A stretch of 63,692 bases of DNA, counting the filler, from Octopus bimaculoides (taxonomy: Eukaryota): NCBI RefSeq assembly GCF_001194135.2. It is 6 parts of 4 records of this genome, joined end to end, with 100 filler letters (N's around TTAATTAATTAA, not from the genome) between each part and the next. Parts side by side here need not be neighbours in the genome. Positions count along the whole stretch, not along the records: positions 52,359 to 63,692 come from NC_068987.1; 5 more parts are not named here. The stretch is one strand, 5' to 3'. Of the stretch, positions 52,440-63,692 are shown piece by piece (position 1 is the stretch's first letter; every line of letters begins with the position of its first letter). The notes beneath the pieces were generated by a model. It was given only the letters and a program-made list of their open reading frames with translations, was not told the DNA's origin and made no database searches. The translations under genes were made by a program, and so were the position numbers.

Positions 52440-52650
52440 GTGTGTCTGTTTGTTACCCCGCTATCGCTTGACAACCGATGCTGGTGTGTTTATGCTCCCG
52501 TAACGTAGCGTTCCGGCTTAAGATACCGATAGAATAAGTACTAGGCTTGCAAATAATAAGTCCTAAGGCCGATTTCTTAGACTAAATCTCTTTAAGACAG
52601 TGCTCCAGCATGGCCGCAGTCAAATGACTGAAACAAATAAAAGAATAAAA
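52440..52650 (+). mobile_element. SINE family B 3' half
   Basis: cgcttgacaaccgatgctggtgtg..ccagcatggccgcagtcaaatgactgaaacaa. Another 3' half at about 34085-34215. Confidence 0.85.
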
Positions 52651-53557
52651 GAACATACATATATATCTTCATGTGTGTGTGCCTTTCGACGTATACTCAC
52701 ACACTGAAGTTTTCTATCTCCTTGATACTTTCTCAGTCAAGATTAAGCGTGAGCAATTTGCTCATGAGATGAATTATCCCGTACCAAGCACCAACAAATC
52801 ATTTACCATCCCACCACGATAAACACCAGCTGCGTAAGTAAAGAAACGTGCATTGTATGTGCTACCCCGGGTTCATATGTCCTTTTGACAAAAACTTGTT
52901 TTTCATCGCCATCAGGCGAGCACGAAAGGAGTGTCTGTTTAGGTGCTGGCACTCGACCTTGCTATAGGATACTGAAGTTACATATTACAGGCAATGCTCT
53001 CACACACACACACACACTCTCTCTCTCTCTCTCCCTCTCTCCCTCCCTCTCTCTCTCCCCCTCCCCCTCACACACACACACACACACACAAAACCATGAA
53101 GTCAAGAGGTATGAGGGGTGAAAATATATTTATTTAACATCGTGACTTCTATGAGATTACAGCTGTTTCGAAACCGTCTTCATGTAGTATTAATTTCAGT
53201 ATGGAAAAAGAAATCATGCGTACATGTTTATGTTGATATGTATGCTCAGCAATATACAATACAATTGTATATGCACAAATTAATGCAAATAAAGAAAGCT
53301 AGCTCACCAAATCACCAGAACATGACGGTTACACAAACATTTCAGCTCTAAATATACTCACACACACACACATACACACACACACATACACACACACACA
53401 TAAACGCACGCACATGCTTATACATCTAAGTCAATTTGCGAGGGCATACAAATTTACAAGCTACATCCTATGTTCACAAACACATGCACGTGCATCCATT
53501 CATTTTTAAAGCCCCATAAAAAAAATTAATAAAAAAACACGTATAACAAGATGCATA

Positions 53558-53636
<79 letters not shown>

Positions 53637-54044
53637 CAGAGTTCTGATTTGATACAAGAATTTTAAAAAAGACAGTAAGAAGAAGACATTGTGTGTTAAC
53701 AAAGGAAATATTAGACCGAGGCGAATGGAATAACAAAGTGAAAACGTTAAAAATTAGAACAAAACTGAAAGAAAAACGAGAAAACTTGAACAGGGCAAAT
53801 TTGATTCAATGCGCACGCGCATACACACGCGCGCGCGATGAGATGCATGACACATTTATATATAATAGGTGTTTGTTCAATATCGTTAGGGATAGTACGC
53901 ATGGCTGCGGATACATACACACATGAGCAAATACATAAAGCACACCCATCCCGCGTACACACACAATATATGTATGATGTATGTATGTATATAGATATAT
54001 AATATGATATACAATATAAATATGTATATATATACATATATACA

Positions 54045-54719
54045 TATACAAGAATAAGGGCAGGGAATCGTCAATTAGTAATAGAATTAATAATTAACAA
54101 TTTTGCCAAGTAGTTCAGTATGAAAAAAACCTTTATCGGTAAAACCATTTATCATCATAAATATACAGGGATTAGCATTGAGTTGCTTCTCCAACATACT
54201 GAAAATTTAGAAATAGCCGTCAAAGAACTACTGATTCTAAACTACAAATTTTTCTCTAAACGGATGGCGATATTTATGGCACACATAGAACAAAAAAACC
54301 AGAGGGAAAAGCAAAAACAAACCTGCCTTTAGTTAATTGGATACGAACGTTTCGCGGTTAAGAGAATGAAATTACTCTATTCCGCATCTTCAGCTCAATA
54401 TTCTGATAAATTTGAAAGTGTCTCTAAAAAATTCACGGTAATTTCTGGCCATGCGACACCAAAAACCACCGAGAAGAAAAGGCACTTACGAATTCATCGG
54501 CTAGTGAGTTCAGGCACCTCACCTCAAAGAAATCCATTCCATGTGCGTCACAAATAGTCCCGTATGAAAAAAAGTCCCGTGTGAAGGGATTACGGTTTAA
54601 CCATCTAACTTAGAGGTATCAAATATAAAATATACAAGAATAAGGGCAGGGAATCGTCAATTAATAATAGAATTGATAATTAACAATTTTGCCAAGTAGT
54701 TCAGTATGAAAAAACCTTT
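54045..54719 (-). mobile_element. 586-bp unit plus about 90-bp partial tandem repeat containing a hammerhead ribozyme (retrozyme/PLE-like)
   Basis: Direct repeats 54045-54134 and 54631-54719 (near-identical), microsatellite flanks, HHR at 54335-54399 on the minus strand. Strand is assigned from the HHR. Confidence 0.65.
54335..54399 (-). ncRNA. Type I hammerhead ribozyme
   Basis: attgag-CTGAAGA-T-GCGG..CCGC-GAAA-C-gttc-G-TA-tccaat. Stem I has 5 of 6 pairs (one G.U); GUA triplet at 54344-54342. Confidence 0.7.
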
Positions 54720-54939
54720 GTATGTAGTATGCATGTATGTCTGTATGTATGTATATGTGTATATGTGAGTATATATATATATATGTGTGTGTGTGTCTGT
54801 GTGTGTGTGAGAGAGAGAGAGAGTGTGTGAGAGCGAGATACATACATACATGTATGTATACATACATGTGTGCATACATACATACACATACATATGAATC
54901 ACAAGTCAGGTGAAAGGACTAGTATATCAAAGAGCTGCA

Positions 54940-54976
<37 letters not shown>

Positions 54977-56706
54977 ATACAACTCTTATTATCTTCCCAT
55001 ATTGTTCAGGTGGTTGAAATTGAAATATGTGATATAACCACATGGGTGCATATAATGTCTGTATATGCGCCAATATTTAATACAGTGATAAGTAGCGTAT
55101 ACATTTATACATGCATACGCTTAAACACATACCCATACACATCTTCCTCGCGCACATACACACAAACACGTGCATATAAACGTGCATGAGTACATAGATA
55201 TACATCCTCCCATATCTACATGTTTTTCCGAACTATTACATAAGCCCACACACACATACACACACGCACACATACATTCAGATATTATTCTCTATATAGA
55301 GAGACCAGGTGCTTATAGGCGTTACTGTTGTTCTTCCATATAGTTCGAGTGGGCATGGGTAGTAGATATATGGGCATATAATCTCTCCTTTTTTCTACCC
55401 TTCTACAGGCGAGCGCGCACATACACATGCACAGACATAGACACACACACACGTCTGTTCAATGTAGTGATAGAAGGCTTTTATATATATATATATGTGT
55501 GTATATATATATATATATATNNNNNNNNNNNNNNNNNNNNNNNNNNNNNNNNNNNNNNNNNNNNNNNNNNNNNNNNNNNNNNNNNNNNNNNNNNNNNNNN
55601 NNNNNNNNNNNNNNNNNNNNNNNNNNNNNNNNNNATATAAACAAATAGTAAATGAGTATATGCATATATACGTACAGGTATGTGCGTACAGGTATGTGCG
55701 TACCGACATCCACCTGTATGTATAGGTGCATATCTGGGTACAGGACATTGCAAACAAAACGTAGACGAGAAAACACACAAGCCACATAGAGAACATTCTA
55801 CTTCATCAGCTACCCCCGTTTTAACACCGGCGTTTCGAAGAGCTGGGCAGGACGCATCGTTAAAACGGCTCTTCCCATGGACCGCAATGTATGTATATAC
55901 ATTCACGAACAATCATTTCCATACATACAAGAACTCATATAGATACATGTTTGAAATATTAACAATCCTGAAAACCAGTTCGATTTAATCATATTTTCTG
56001 ATGATATAGGAACAGAGTTTGGCCAAAAGAAATGTTTCCTTTTTTTAGAAATGAACGTGGAAAAACTGTTCTCCAAATCCCAAATCTTTGCGTCAGTATT
56101 GTCTTTTTATCTTCCCTTTCCCATATTCCGAGTGCTATATATACCTAGGTATTGATGAAAATATAACATACAAACATACAGTGAAGAATAAGAATAACCA
56201 AAAATATCACAGAAAACTAAAAAATAGATATGGCAATCAGAGCTCTCCTTTTACAAGATATTTCGCAATTCATTTTCAGTACCAAGACCCATTACGCATA
56301 GCAGCAGATATTTGAGTTGTTTACGGAGGAAATCCGCTTCATAAAACCCGCAAGATCCGAACATTAACTGGAAACTTCCACAGAAACATCTCAAGAAAAA
56401 AGGGCAGAAGAGGCTTAAGGTCAGTGCAGATTGTCATCAGTGCAGTATATGTCACTCAGACAGCATCTGTTTAACAGTAGCAGGGAAAATAAACATCAAC
56501 TAAGTGCTCAAAAATGAAGTGAATAACAGCCTGCAAGTTAGTAGTGCACACCTCAAGAAATATTCACCTCCTGATGTCTTACCTTGTGAACCCCAAAGAA
56601 TAGGACTCGCGTATCTCAGCTGGGACTGGAAGAGAAGCATTCTGCATACTACAAAAGGTTCATTCATGAATATGTTTTTCTTTATTGTCAGGAGCATGAT
56701 AATATT

Positions 56707-56896
56707 GATTACAAATTTTGGCACATGGCCAGCAAGTTCGGGTGAGTGCATAAGTCAATTACTTCGATCCCAGGGCTCAACTGGTACTTATTTTATCGAT
56801 CCCAAGGCTCAACTGGTACTTATTTTATCGATCCCAAAAGGACGAAAGGCAAAGTCGACTTCTGCGGAATTTGAACTCAGAAGGTAATGACGGAAA
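56707..56896 (-). mobile_element. SINE family A relative with 18-bp target-site duplication
   Basis: caggagcatgataatatt at 56689-56706 and 56897-56914. Internal tandem duplication of the cgatccca.ggctcaactggtacttattttat segment. Confidence 0.9.
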
Positions 56897-57233
56897 CAGG
56901 AGCATGATAATATTAACATGAAGGGTTACTTATCGAAGATTACGTTTTCGCAATCTGAGAGCAAAGGATAGCTACGAAATATCTATTTAACAAGCACAAC
57001 AATGCAGCTCTCAAATTCCCAAGATTTAATTGCAAATGTCGATCATGCTACTCTTCAGGGTAAGATATAGCCGCACATTAATCATTAGCTGCCCAAAAAT
57101 GTCTTCATATATAAATATCTCCAAATGCAATAAGATGTTGATGTTAAAACAATATACAATGCTATTTGAAGAAAGAATACCCAACAATAAATAAATAAAA
57201 AAAAAACAACTCTGCTATTGAATACATGCGTGT

Positions 57234-57425
57234 GGAGACGCATGGCTTAGTGGTTAGGGTGTTAGACTCATGATCGTAAAATTATAGTTTCGATTGCTGG
57301 ACCGGGCGATGTGCTGTATTCTTAAGCAAAACACGTCATTTCACGTTGCTCCAGTACACTCAGCGGACCGGTATCCTGTCCAGAGAGGAAAATATAGGCT
57401 AGAGAAACCGGGAAACTGGCACTAT
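57234..57425 (+). mobile_element. tRNA-headed SINE, family C
   Basis: A-box-like tggcttagtggt, B-box-like gtttcgattgc, CORE-like cttaagcaaaacac. Confidence 0.75.
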
Positions 57426-58252
57426 GTTCCTTATGGAGTAATGTGAACTAAAATTCCCTTCAAAACTTCCCAAATGCAAACATAACAGGCCGGATAAAGT
57501 AATTTGGAAGAGAAAATAAAGAAAAATCATGTACAGTCAAAGATGTTAGCTGCTCTGCAGATATCAAATATATCTTCTAAAATCATGGACGAGGAGTAGA
57601 ATATTTATGGACAGCTGCTTCCCCAATACAGCTCCACTTTCTTGATTATAAATTCAAATATATACCAATAATCATTGGTGCACTTGGTTTTGTCTGTGGT
57701 AATCTGGAAAAGTTAGGATTTTCAGGCAATAAGAACCAGGTAACACACACAGTTTACAAATATAATTTGTAATTTGGAAAAGTAAAAATATGCAAGACTT
57801 TCCTAAAGTTTCATATGTAACAATTATCGCTTTTTATTCAAATTCCAGCGACGACCATTTTTTTTTTGAAACGTGTTCCTTCCTTCTACATGCTACATGC
57901 ATTTATTTATATAAATCATTCTTTAACGGTGAGACTCGAAGCAGATAAAACTATAAGTAGCAACGTTTAGAATACTAGATTTAAAACCCCTTAGATGGAT
58001 AATGTCAAAGTGGTACTCGAACTTACATCTTCTATAAACATAACTGATGTATTACCATGATACCAAAGCAACCTTTCGAGTCTTCTCTACCCATTTCAGA
58101 AACTTTGTCCTTATCAGCAAGAATTGTTAGTTGTATGCGTCATAAGAATTTAAAAACTTTGAGAGATATAAAATACGAGTAGCCTTAGATCATTCTCTTC
58201 CAAATTTTTTTAACCCAATATTTTATGCGTTATTTTATTTATAGCTTTATAT

Positions 58253-58423
58253 AAGGCATCAAGCTGGCAGAATCGTTAGTACGCTTGGCGACATTTCGTC
58301 CGTTTTTACGTTCTGTGTTCAAATTCCGCTGAGGTCGACTTTGTCTTTCATCCTTTCGATAAATTGAGTATCAGTTCCTTCTCCCCAAATTCCAGGGCTT
58401 GTGCCTTCAGTAGAAAGGATTAT
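58253..58423 (+). mobile_element. SINE family A with internal deletions
   Basis: Matches 27126-27343. Confidence 0.85.
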
Positions 58424-58658
58424 CTATAGCTTTATCTATTTCAAGTTCCACCGTCAAATACGATCTATTTCACATTTCTTAAAAACACAATATTTTAATG
58501 AAACATATAGCTTGGTTAAGTGAGTTACTAAATATTTTGACTATTTAGTTTGACTGAATTTAGCTGTGTATTGTTTCTCAATTACAACCAAGTCCAATTC
58601 GGGTTTTTGACGAAACCATACTTTACAATAATTACAACTTCTTATTCGTGTTGCGAGA

Positions 58659-58813
58659 GGCGGGAAAATTTTATGTTCATTGTGGATAAATGATTCTCTT
58701 TGACACAGAGTCGAGCCGCAACCAAATGATTTAACTTCTCACGAACTTCTGATTCCTCACTGCCCACGAGAGCTTGGCGCGCATCTCAATTGATAGCTGT
58801 TTTGGCGGGAAAA
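58659..58813. promoter_or_regulatory. Cluster of E2F-type sites; candidate cell-cycle gene promoter
   Basis: GGCGGGAAA 58659-67, TTGGCGCGC 58774-82 and TTTGGCGGGAAAA 58801-13 in non-repeat-looking, CpG-containing sequence. Confidence 0.5.
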
Positions 58814-59149
58814 TCACGGAAAATTCCATTGATCAACTATTATCTAGAGTATATTAATATATATTTACTTATCCACTAAATAAACATCCTATGTCCTCTC
58901 AATAGGTTTATACCAAACTTATCCATATAACAATACTCAGTTTGCTGTAATATTCCGTATACTTAACAACTAATAACATACTGGTATATCTTTTTTTCTA
59001 CCTCAGACGAGATTCTGCTTTATAAAATGATTTAATTATTACAATTATAATCTTTAAAGTATGAATCGAAACAGCTGTTAGAGATGTTTATTTTTGCAGT
59101 TAATAAATATACTTATTGACTGATGTATCGCCATTTTCTTTTATGTATA

Positions 59150-59860
59150 TTCTTTTACTCTTTTACTTGTTTCAGTCATTTGACTGCGGCCATGCTGGAG
59201 CACCGCCTTTTAGTCGAACAAATCGACCCCGGGACTTATTCTTTGTAAGCCTAGTACTTATTCTATCGGTCTCTTTTGCCGAATCGCTAAGTGACGGGGA
59301 CATAAACACACTAGCATAGGTTGTCAAGCAATGCTAGGGGGGACAAACACACAAACACACACACTTACATATATATATATAGATACATATATACGACGGG
59401 CTTCTTTCAGTTTCCGTCTACCAAATNNNNNNNNNNNNNNNNNNNNNNNNNNNNNNNNNNNNNNNNNNNNNNNNNNNNNNNNNNNNNNNNNNNNNNNNNN
59501 NNNNNNNNNNNNNNNNNNNNNNNNNNNNNNNNNNNNNNNNNNNNNNNNNNNNNNNNNNNNNNNNNNNNNNNNNNNNNNNNNNNNNNNNNNNNNNNNNNNN
59601 NNNNNNNNNNNNNNNNNNNNNNNNNNNNNNNNNNNNNNNNNNNNNNNNNNNNNNNNNNNNNNNNNNNNNNNNNNNNNNNNNNNNNNNNNNNNNNNNNNNN
59701 NTATATATATATACATGACAGGCTCCTACACAGTTCTACACATTCACACACACAAACAGATATGTGGTCCTCCACACAGATTCCATCTACCAAATCCACT
59801 CATAAGGCATTGATCAGTCCAGGACTAAATTAGAAGACACTTGCCGTGCAGTGGAACTGA
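59150..59860 (-). mobile_element. SINE family B, split by N-gap; possibly two partial copies
   Basis: 59150-59426 and 59777-59860 match 13149-13555. Confidence 0.8.
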
Positions 59861-60439
59861 TATATACATACACAATAGCGTAGCTAATTAGGGAGCCCTC
59901 CACAAGCATATTCATCAAAACTGGTGCCTCTTCAATATTTTTTTTTAAACTCTTCAGTTTACTTTTGCGATAAAATCCCATTTTTCGTTTTTTTCTTTTC
60001 TTTGCTTTCTTTTTTTTTTTGTTAATCACATGGTCTTGGGAGAACTTTCTGGAGTCATTATTTTATTGGACCGACCTCCCGCGTTTCTAAACATTCCTGT
60101 GATGTGTCTATAAAATAAAAGAGAACGCAATGTCCCGATAGAGCAAATATTTTACTTGTAGATTATTGTTCAGTTTACGGCATTTCGTACATTAAAGTTT
60201 TATATCTTAAGAGTATCATCAGGCAAGTATGTAACATGAGAACCGCTGACCTCTTAGAGACGAATCTTATGTCAGCAGTAACTCTTCTGTGCACTTTTGT
60301 GTTGAGACTTTTGGTAATTTTCTGGCTTATTTACTACTTATACACATGCACCTCACACGCGCGCGCGCACAAACACTGTCTCATACGCATTCATACATAT
60401 ATACGTATGCATATATAAATATATATATATGTATGCATA

Positions 60440-61649
60440 TATTTTTTTAAATACAAAAAATGAACTTTAATCAATTATATATTTTCCACTGTTCGATGAC
60501 CTTTTGCCATCTTTCTGGCAATTTCATGCTTCCGTGCTCATAGAACTTCCGGTCCTTATCAGCCAAAAGCTGAAGCAAGTGCAATTTCAGATCACCATCA
60601 TTATTGAAAGTTTTACCATTCAAAGAATTTTGCAAACTTTGAAATAAATGGTAATCTGGTGGTGCAAGGTCAGGGCTATATGGTGGATGTGGCATCACTT
60701 CCCAACCAAGCTCCAATAATTTTTCATGGGTTAGCAAAAACGTGTCTGGTCTAGCGTTGTCATGGTGGAACACGATTTCTTTACGATTTGCCAATTCTAG
60801 CCGTTTTTTTTTTTTTTGCTTCCTCCAGTTTCATTAGTTGCTGACAGTAGACATCTGAATTGATCGTTTGGTTCCTTGGAAGCAACCCAAAATACACAAC
60901 ACCTTTGTAATCCCACCAAATTGACAGCGTGACCTTTTTTTGATGCAATTCAGCTTCCGATGTGGTTTGTGCTGGTTCATTACGCTTGGACCATGATCGT
61001 TTTCGATTGATGTTATTGTAGACTATCCATTTTTCATCACCAGTGATGATTCGTTTCCGAAAAAGGTCGATTTTATTGCGTTTGAGATGCATACCGCAAA
61101 TAATGATTCGTTGTGTTAAATGAATCTCTTTCAATTTATGTGGAACCCAAATATCGAGCTTCTTAACGAGTCCAAGACATTTTAAATAATTTTCAATTGT
61201 TCTGTGTGATACATTTAACCCCACTTCAGTCTCATGTGGCTTTAATTCGGTCATCATCAACTTCAGTAGGTCGACCAGAACGTTGGTCATCTTTGAGTAA
61301 AAAATCTCCAGAAGGGAATTTTTAAACCCATTTCTGACACGTGCATTCTGTTAAGCAATCAACACCATAAACTTCACATATCTCTTTGTGAGCCTCAACA
61401 GCTTTCTTACTTTTACGGAAATAAAAAGGCAAAATATGGCGAAACTGTTCGTTTTTGCACGCCATGTTAAAATTGACACTGAATTAACAGCTGTAAACAA
61501 AATTACGCGCAATTTGCTTCTAAAGTAAGCTAAAAGTAACGTCTATCAAATGTCAAAAGGAAAAAAAAATATGATATTGACAAAAGTCATTCAAAAAAAA
61601 AATCGTAACTCTATTTGCAAAAAACGAAATTACTTTTTTGCCAACCGAA
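60440..61649 (-). mobile_element. Mariner DD34D element, near full length; 5' TIR present, 3' TIR not seen
   Basis: TIR-like aaaacgaaattacttttttgccaaccgaa at 61621-61649; transposase below. Confidence 0.9.
60471..61465 (-). pseudogene. Mariner (Mos1/Hsmar-like) transposase pseudogene
   Basis: MACKNEQFRHIL.., WVPH, ITGDEKWIVYNN, LSIWWD and FHHDNARP..HPPYSPDLAPPDYHLF (34 residues between the Asps). Stop and frameshifts present. Confidence 0.95.
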
Positions 61650-61875
61650 CATATACATATATATGTTTGTATGTATATATGTATATATATAAATATATAT
61701 GTATGTATATGTATATATGTATCTATCTATCTACACACACACACACACATTTACATAACTAAATGTTAATATGCAATTTCATGTGTCTGTAACGCTTATC
61801 CGCACATATACGTACATACATACATGTTGATAAATGTATATGTATAGTTTATTGTACACACCAACAAATATATAT

Positions 61876-61921
<46 letters not shown>

Positions 61922-62537
61922 GCACATACATACATACATTCGTACATATATATACGTGCTTGTGTGTGTGTGTCATATGCAGATATACTAAGAAATTTTT
62001 ATCAAGATAAACTCGTATTCAAAATCTTCAGCCGATTATAAAAAGGAAAAAGAAAAAAAAGAAAAAAATCAGCATAATGAATTTCAGTTTACTTCACGGG
62101 GCGGCAACAGGAGGGATGCGATCCACAAATGAACCACTGAGATGTTCTATGCGGAGAGCGGGGCTTCGAATCGTGTCTGAAGCTTTTTCAGAACACACAA
62201 GAAGGTTCTAGACATATCGTCAGCCCTGTGACAGTTTTGCTTAACTTAGGACTACATCTTAACTAGGAAGAAGAGGATTCATCATCACCATCACAATCGT
62301 CGTCGTTTTAACTTCCACTTTGCCATGATCGCATGGGTCAGACGGAATTTGTTGAGGCGGATTTTCTACGACCGGATACCCTTTCTGTCGCCAACCAACA
62401 TGACGGTGACACTCATGTACAACGATCACGCGATATGAAGACAACAGGACACTGCTCTCTCTCACTCCTTCTCCCTCAAGCACACACACACACACACACA
62501 CACACATTCAAAACTTATGATGCTATTAATAAGTAAT

Positions 62538-62672
62538 GGTATGGCTGTTTGGTTAAGAAGCTTACTTCCCAACTATATGGTTCTGAATTCCCGCTACGTG
62601 GTACATTAGGCGTTTTCTGCTATGGTACCGGACCGACTACAATCTTGTGAGTGGATTTGCTAGGCAGAAACG
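62538..62672 (+). mobile_element. SINE family B 5' part, decayed
   Basis: ggtatggctgtttggttaagaagcttacttcccaac..cttgtgagtggatttg. Confidence 0.75.
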
Positions 62673-63162
62673 TGTATGCAACTCTTTCGAATGTATTAAA
62701 TTTGAACACAGAATTGCTTCTTGCAAATGCCAGATAAGTTACCATAAGAACAAAAGTACCTGCCAGGGATTTTGTGAAACAAATCGACAAGGGAAAAATA
62801 GCGATGCTAAGTTATGGAAGGAACTTAGTTTCAGGACACAAGAGATTCGTCTTTCTTTCTGAGAAGTTTGAGGACAAAAAGAGCAGTGCAGTATAAGACA
62901 CTAATAAATCTGAACAGAGATAAAAATAAAACGCTGGAATTGCTTCGAAATAAAACACTAACATTTACTCTTCCAATAAAAAAAAAAGTAAGAAGAACCA
63001 GAGGACATCTGAGGAAAGCAGCGCAAAAACATCAATTTAGGTTAGGTCTGCTCGGAATACTGAAAGGAATCTAAATTCAGCTAAAGTTACACTTTATGAA
63101 ACATACGATGAAGTACCAGAAGCACATACCAAGTCTAAAACGAAAGAACAAGAGACAATGAA

Positions 63163-63227
<65 letters not shown>

Positions 63228-63244
63228 CACACATATATATATTC

Positions 63245-63630
63245 TTTTGCTTGTTTCAGTGATTTGACAGCGGCCATGCTGGAGCACCACCGTAAAGGGT
63301 TTTAATCGAAGAAATCAACCCCAGGACTTATTCTTTGTAAGCCTACTAATTATTTTATCGGTCGTTTATGCCGAACCGCTAATTTACGGGGATGTAAACA
63401 CACCAGCATCGATTGTCAAGTGATAGTAGTGGTTGGGGGAGAAACACAGACATAAAGGCATACACACACACATACACATATATATATATGCGTGGCCGTG
63501 TGGTAAGAAGGTTGCTTCTCAACCACATGGTTCGGGTTGTCCCACTGCGTGATACATTGGGCAAGTGTCTTCTACTATTGTCTCGGGCCCACCAAAGCCT
63601 TGTGAGTAGAAACTGAAAGAAGCCCGTCGT
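63245..63630. mobile_element. SINE family B with its two halves in opposite orientation
   Basis: 3' half on the minus strand at 63245-63465; 5' half on the plus strand at 63490-63630; each bounded by TA tracts. Confidence 0.75.
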
Positions 63631-63644
63631 ATATATACATATAC

Positions 63645-63687
<43 letters not shown>

Positions 63688-63692
63688 TATAT

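Larger units (their letters stand above)
56090..57830 (+). pseudogene. Old RLE-LINE 3' portion (late RT to RLE), interrupted by two SINEs
   Basis: YIYLGIDENITY..IWQSELSFY..TGNFHRN..GRRGLRSV, then EGYVFAI*EQRIATKYL..CKCRSC..SCPKMS..KTIYNAI, then RPDKVIW..IPIIIGALGFV..LEKLGFS. Confidence 0.85.

Noticed and set aside
56575-57065. Apparent exons with strong donors (minus cacaag|gtaag near 56585; plus MQLSNSQDLIANVDHATLQG|gtaag near 57002-57059)
   Set aside because: Both lie within the collinear decayed RLE-LINE reading frame; the splice-like signals are incidental.
60175-60230. Minus-strand CTGATGA-TAC..GTAC-GAAAT hammerhead-like motif (similar weak hits near 2840, 8600, 38370 and 41410)
   Set aside because: Stem I or stem II/III cannot be drawn consistently; possibly decayed relics but not supportable.
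62690-63170. Protein-like purine-rich frames (e.g. RSARNTERNLNSAKVTLYETYDEVPEAH)
   Set aside because: Short, stop-interrupted, no recognisable motif or convincing splice pair.

Overview
Repeat-dominated eukaryotic scaffold segment with about 19 N-gaps. It is most likely from an octopus genome; this is inferred from the SINE/RTE family sequences and dense TA/CATA/GATA microsatellites, not from any search. I cannot support an intact host protein-coding gene, rRNA gene, true tRNA gene or CRISPR array. Nearly all ORFs in the supplied track are microsatellite, N-run or antisense artefacts. Recognisable coding signal comes from decayed transposable elements: Tc1, mariner DD34D, maT DD37D, rosa-like ITm, hAT/Charlie, RTE LINEs, restriction-like-endonuclease (RLE) LINEs, Penelope-like elements (PLEs) and a gag/ORF1-only half-LINE. 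Several tRNA-derived SINE families, MITEs and two foldback elements are also present. The most interesting signal is a set of type I hammerhead ribozyme (HHR) motifs, read by eye, in small non-coding elements. One has a 10/11-bp stem I at 33797-33920. One lies inside a 586-bp partial-tandem unit at 54045-54719 (retrozyme-like). One forms the tail of a tRNA-headed SINE at 30778-31030. Decayed copies also occur. Other points: a 1.2-kb-period duplication carrying a conserved splice acceptor, an E2F-site cluster near 58.7 kb, and a CpG-poor, RTE-rich domain at about 31-52 kb that may be a methylated gene body. Most boundaries of decayed elements are approximate.
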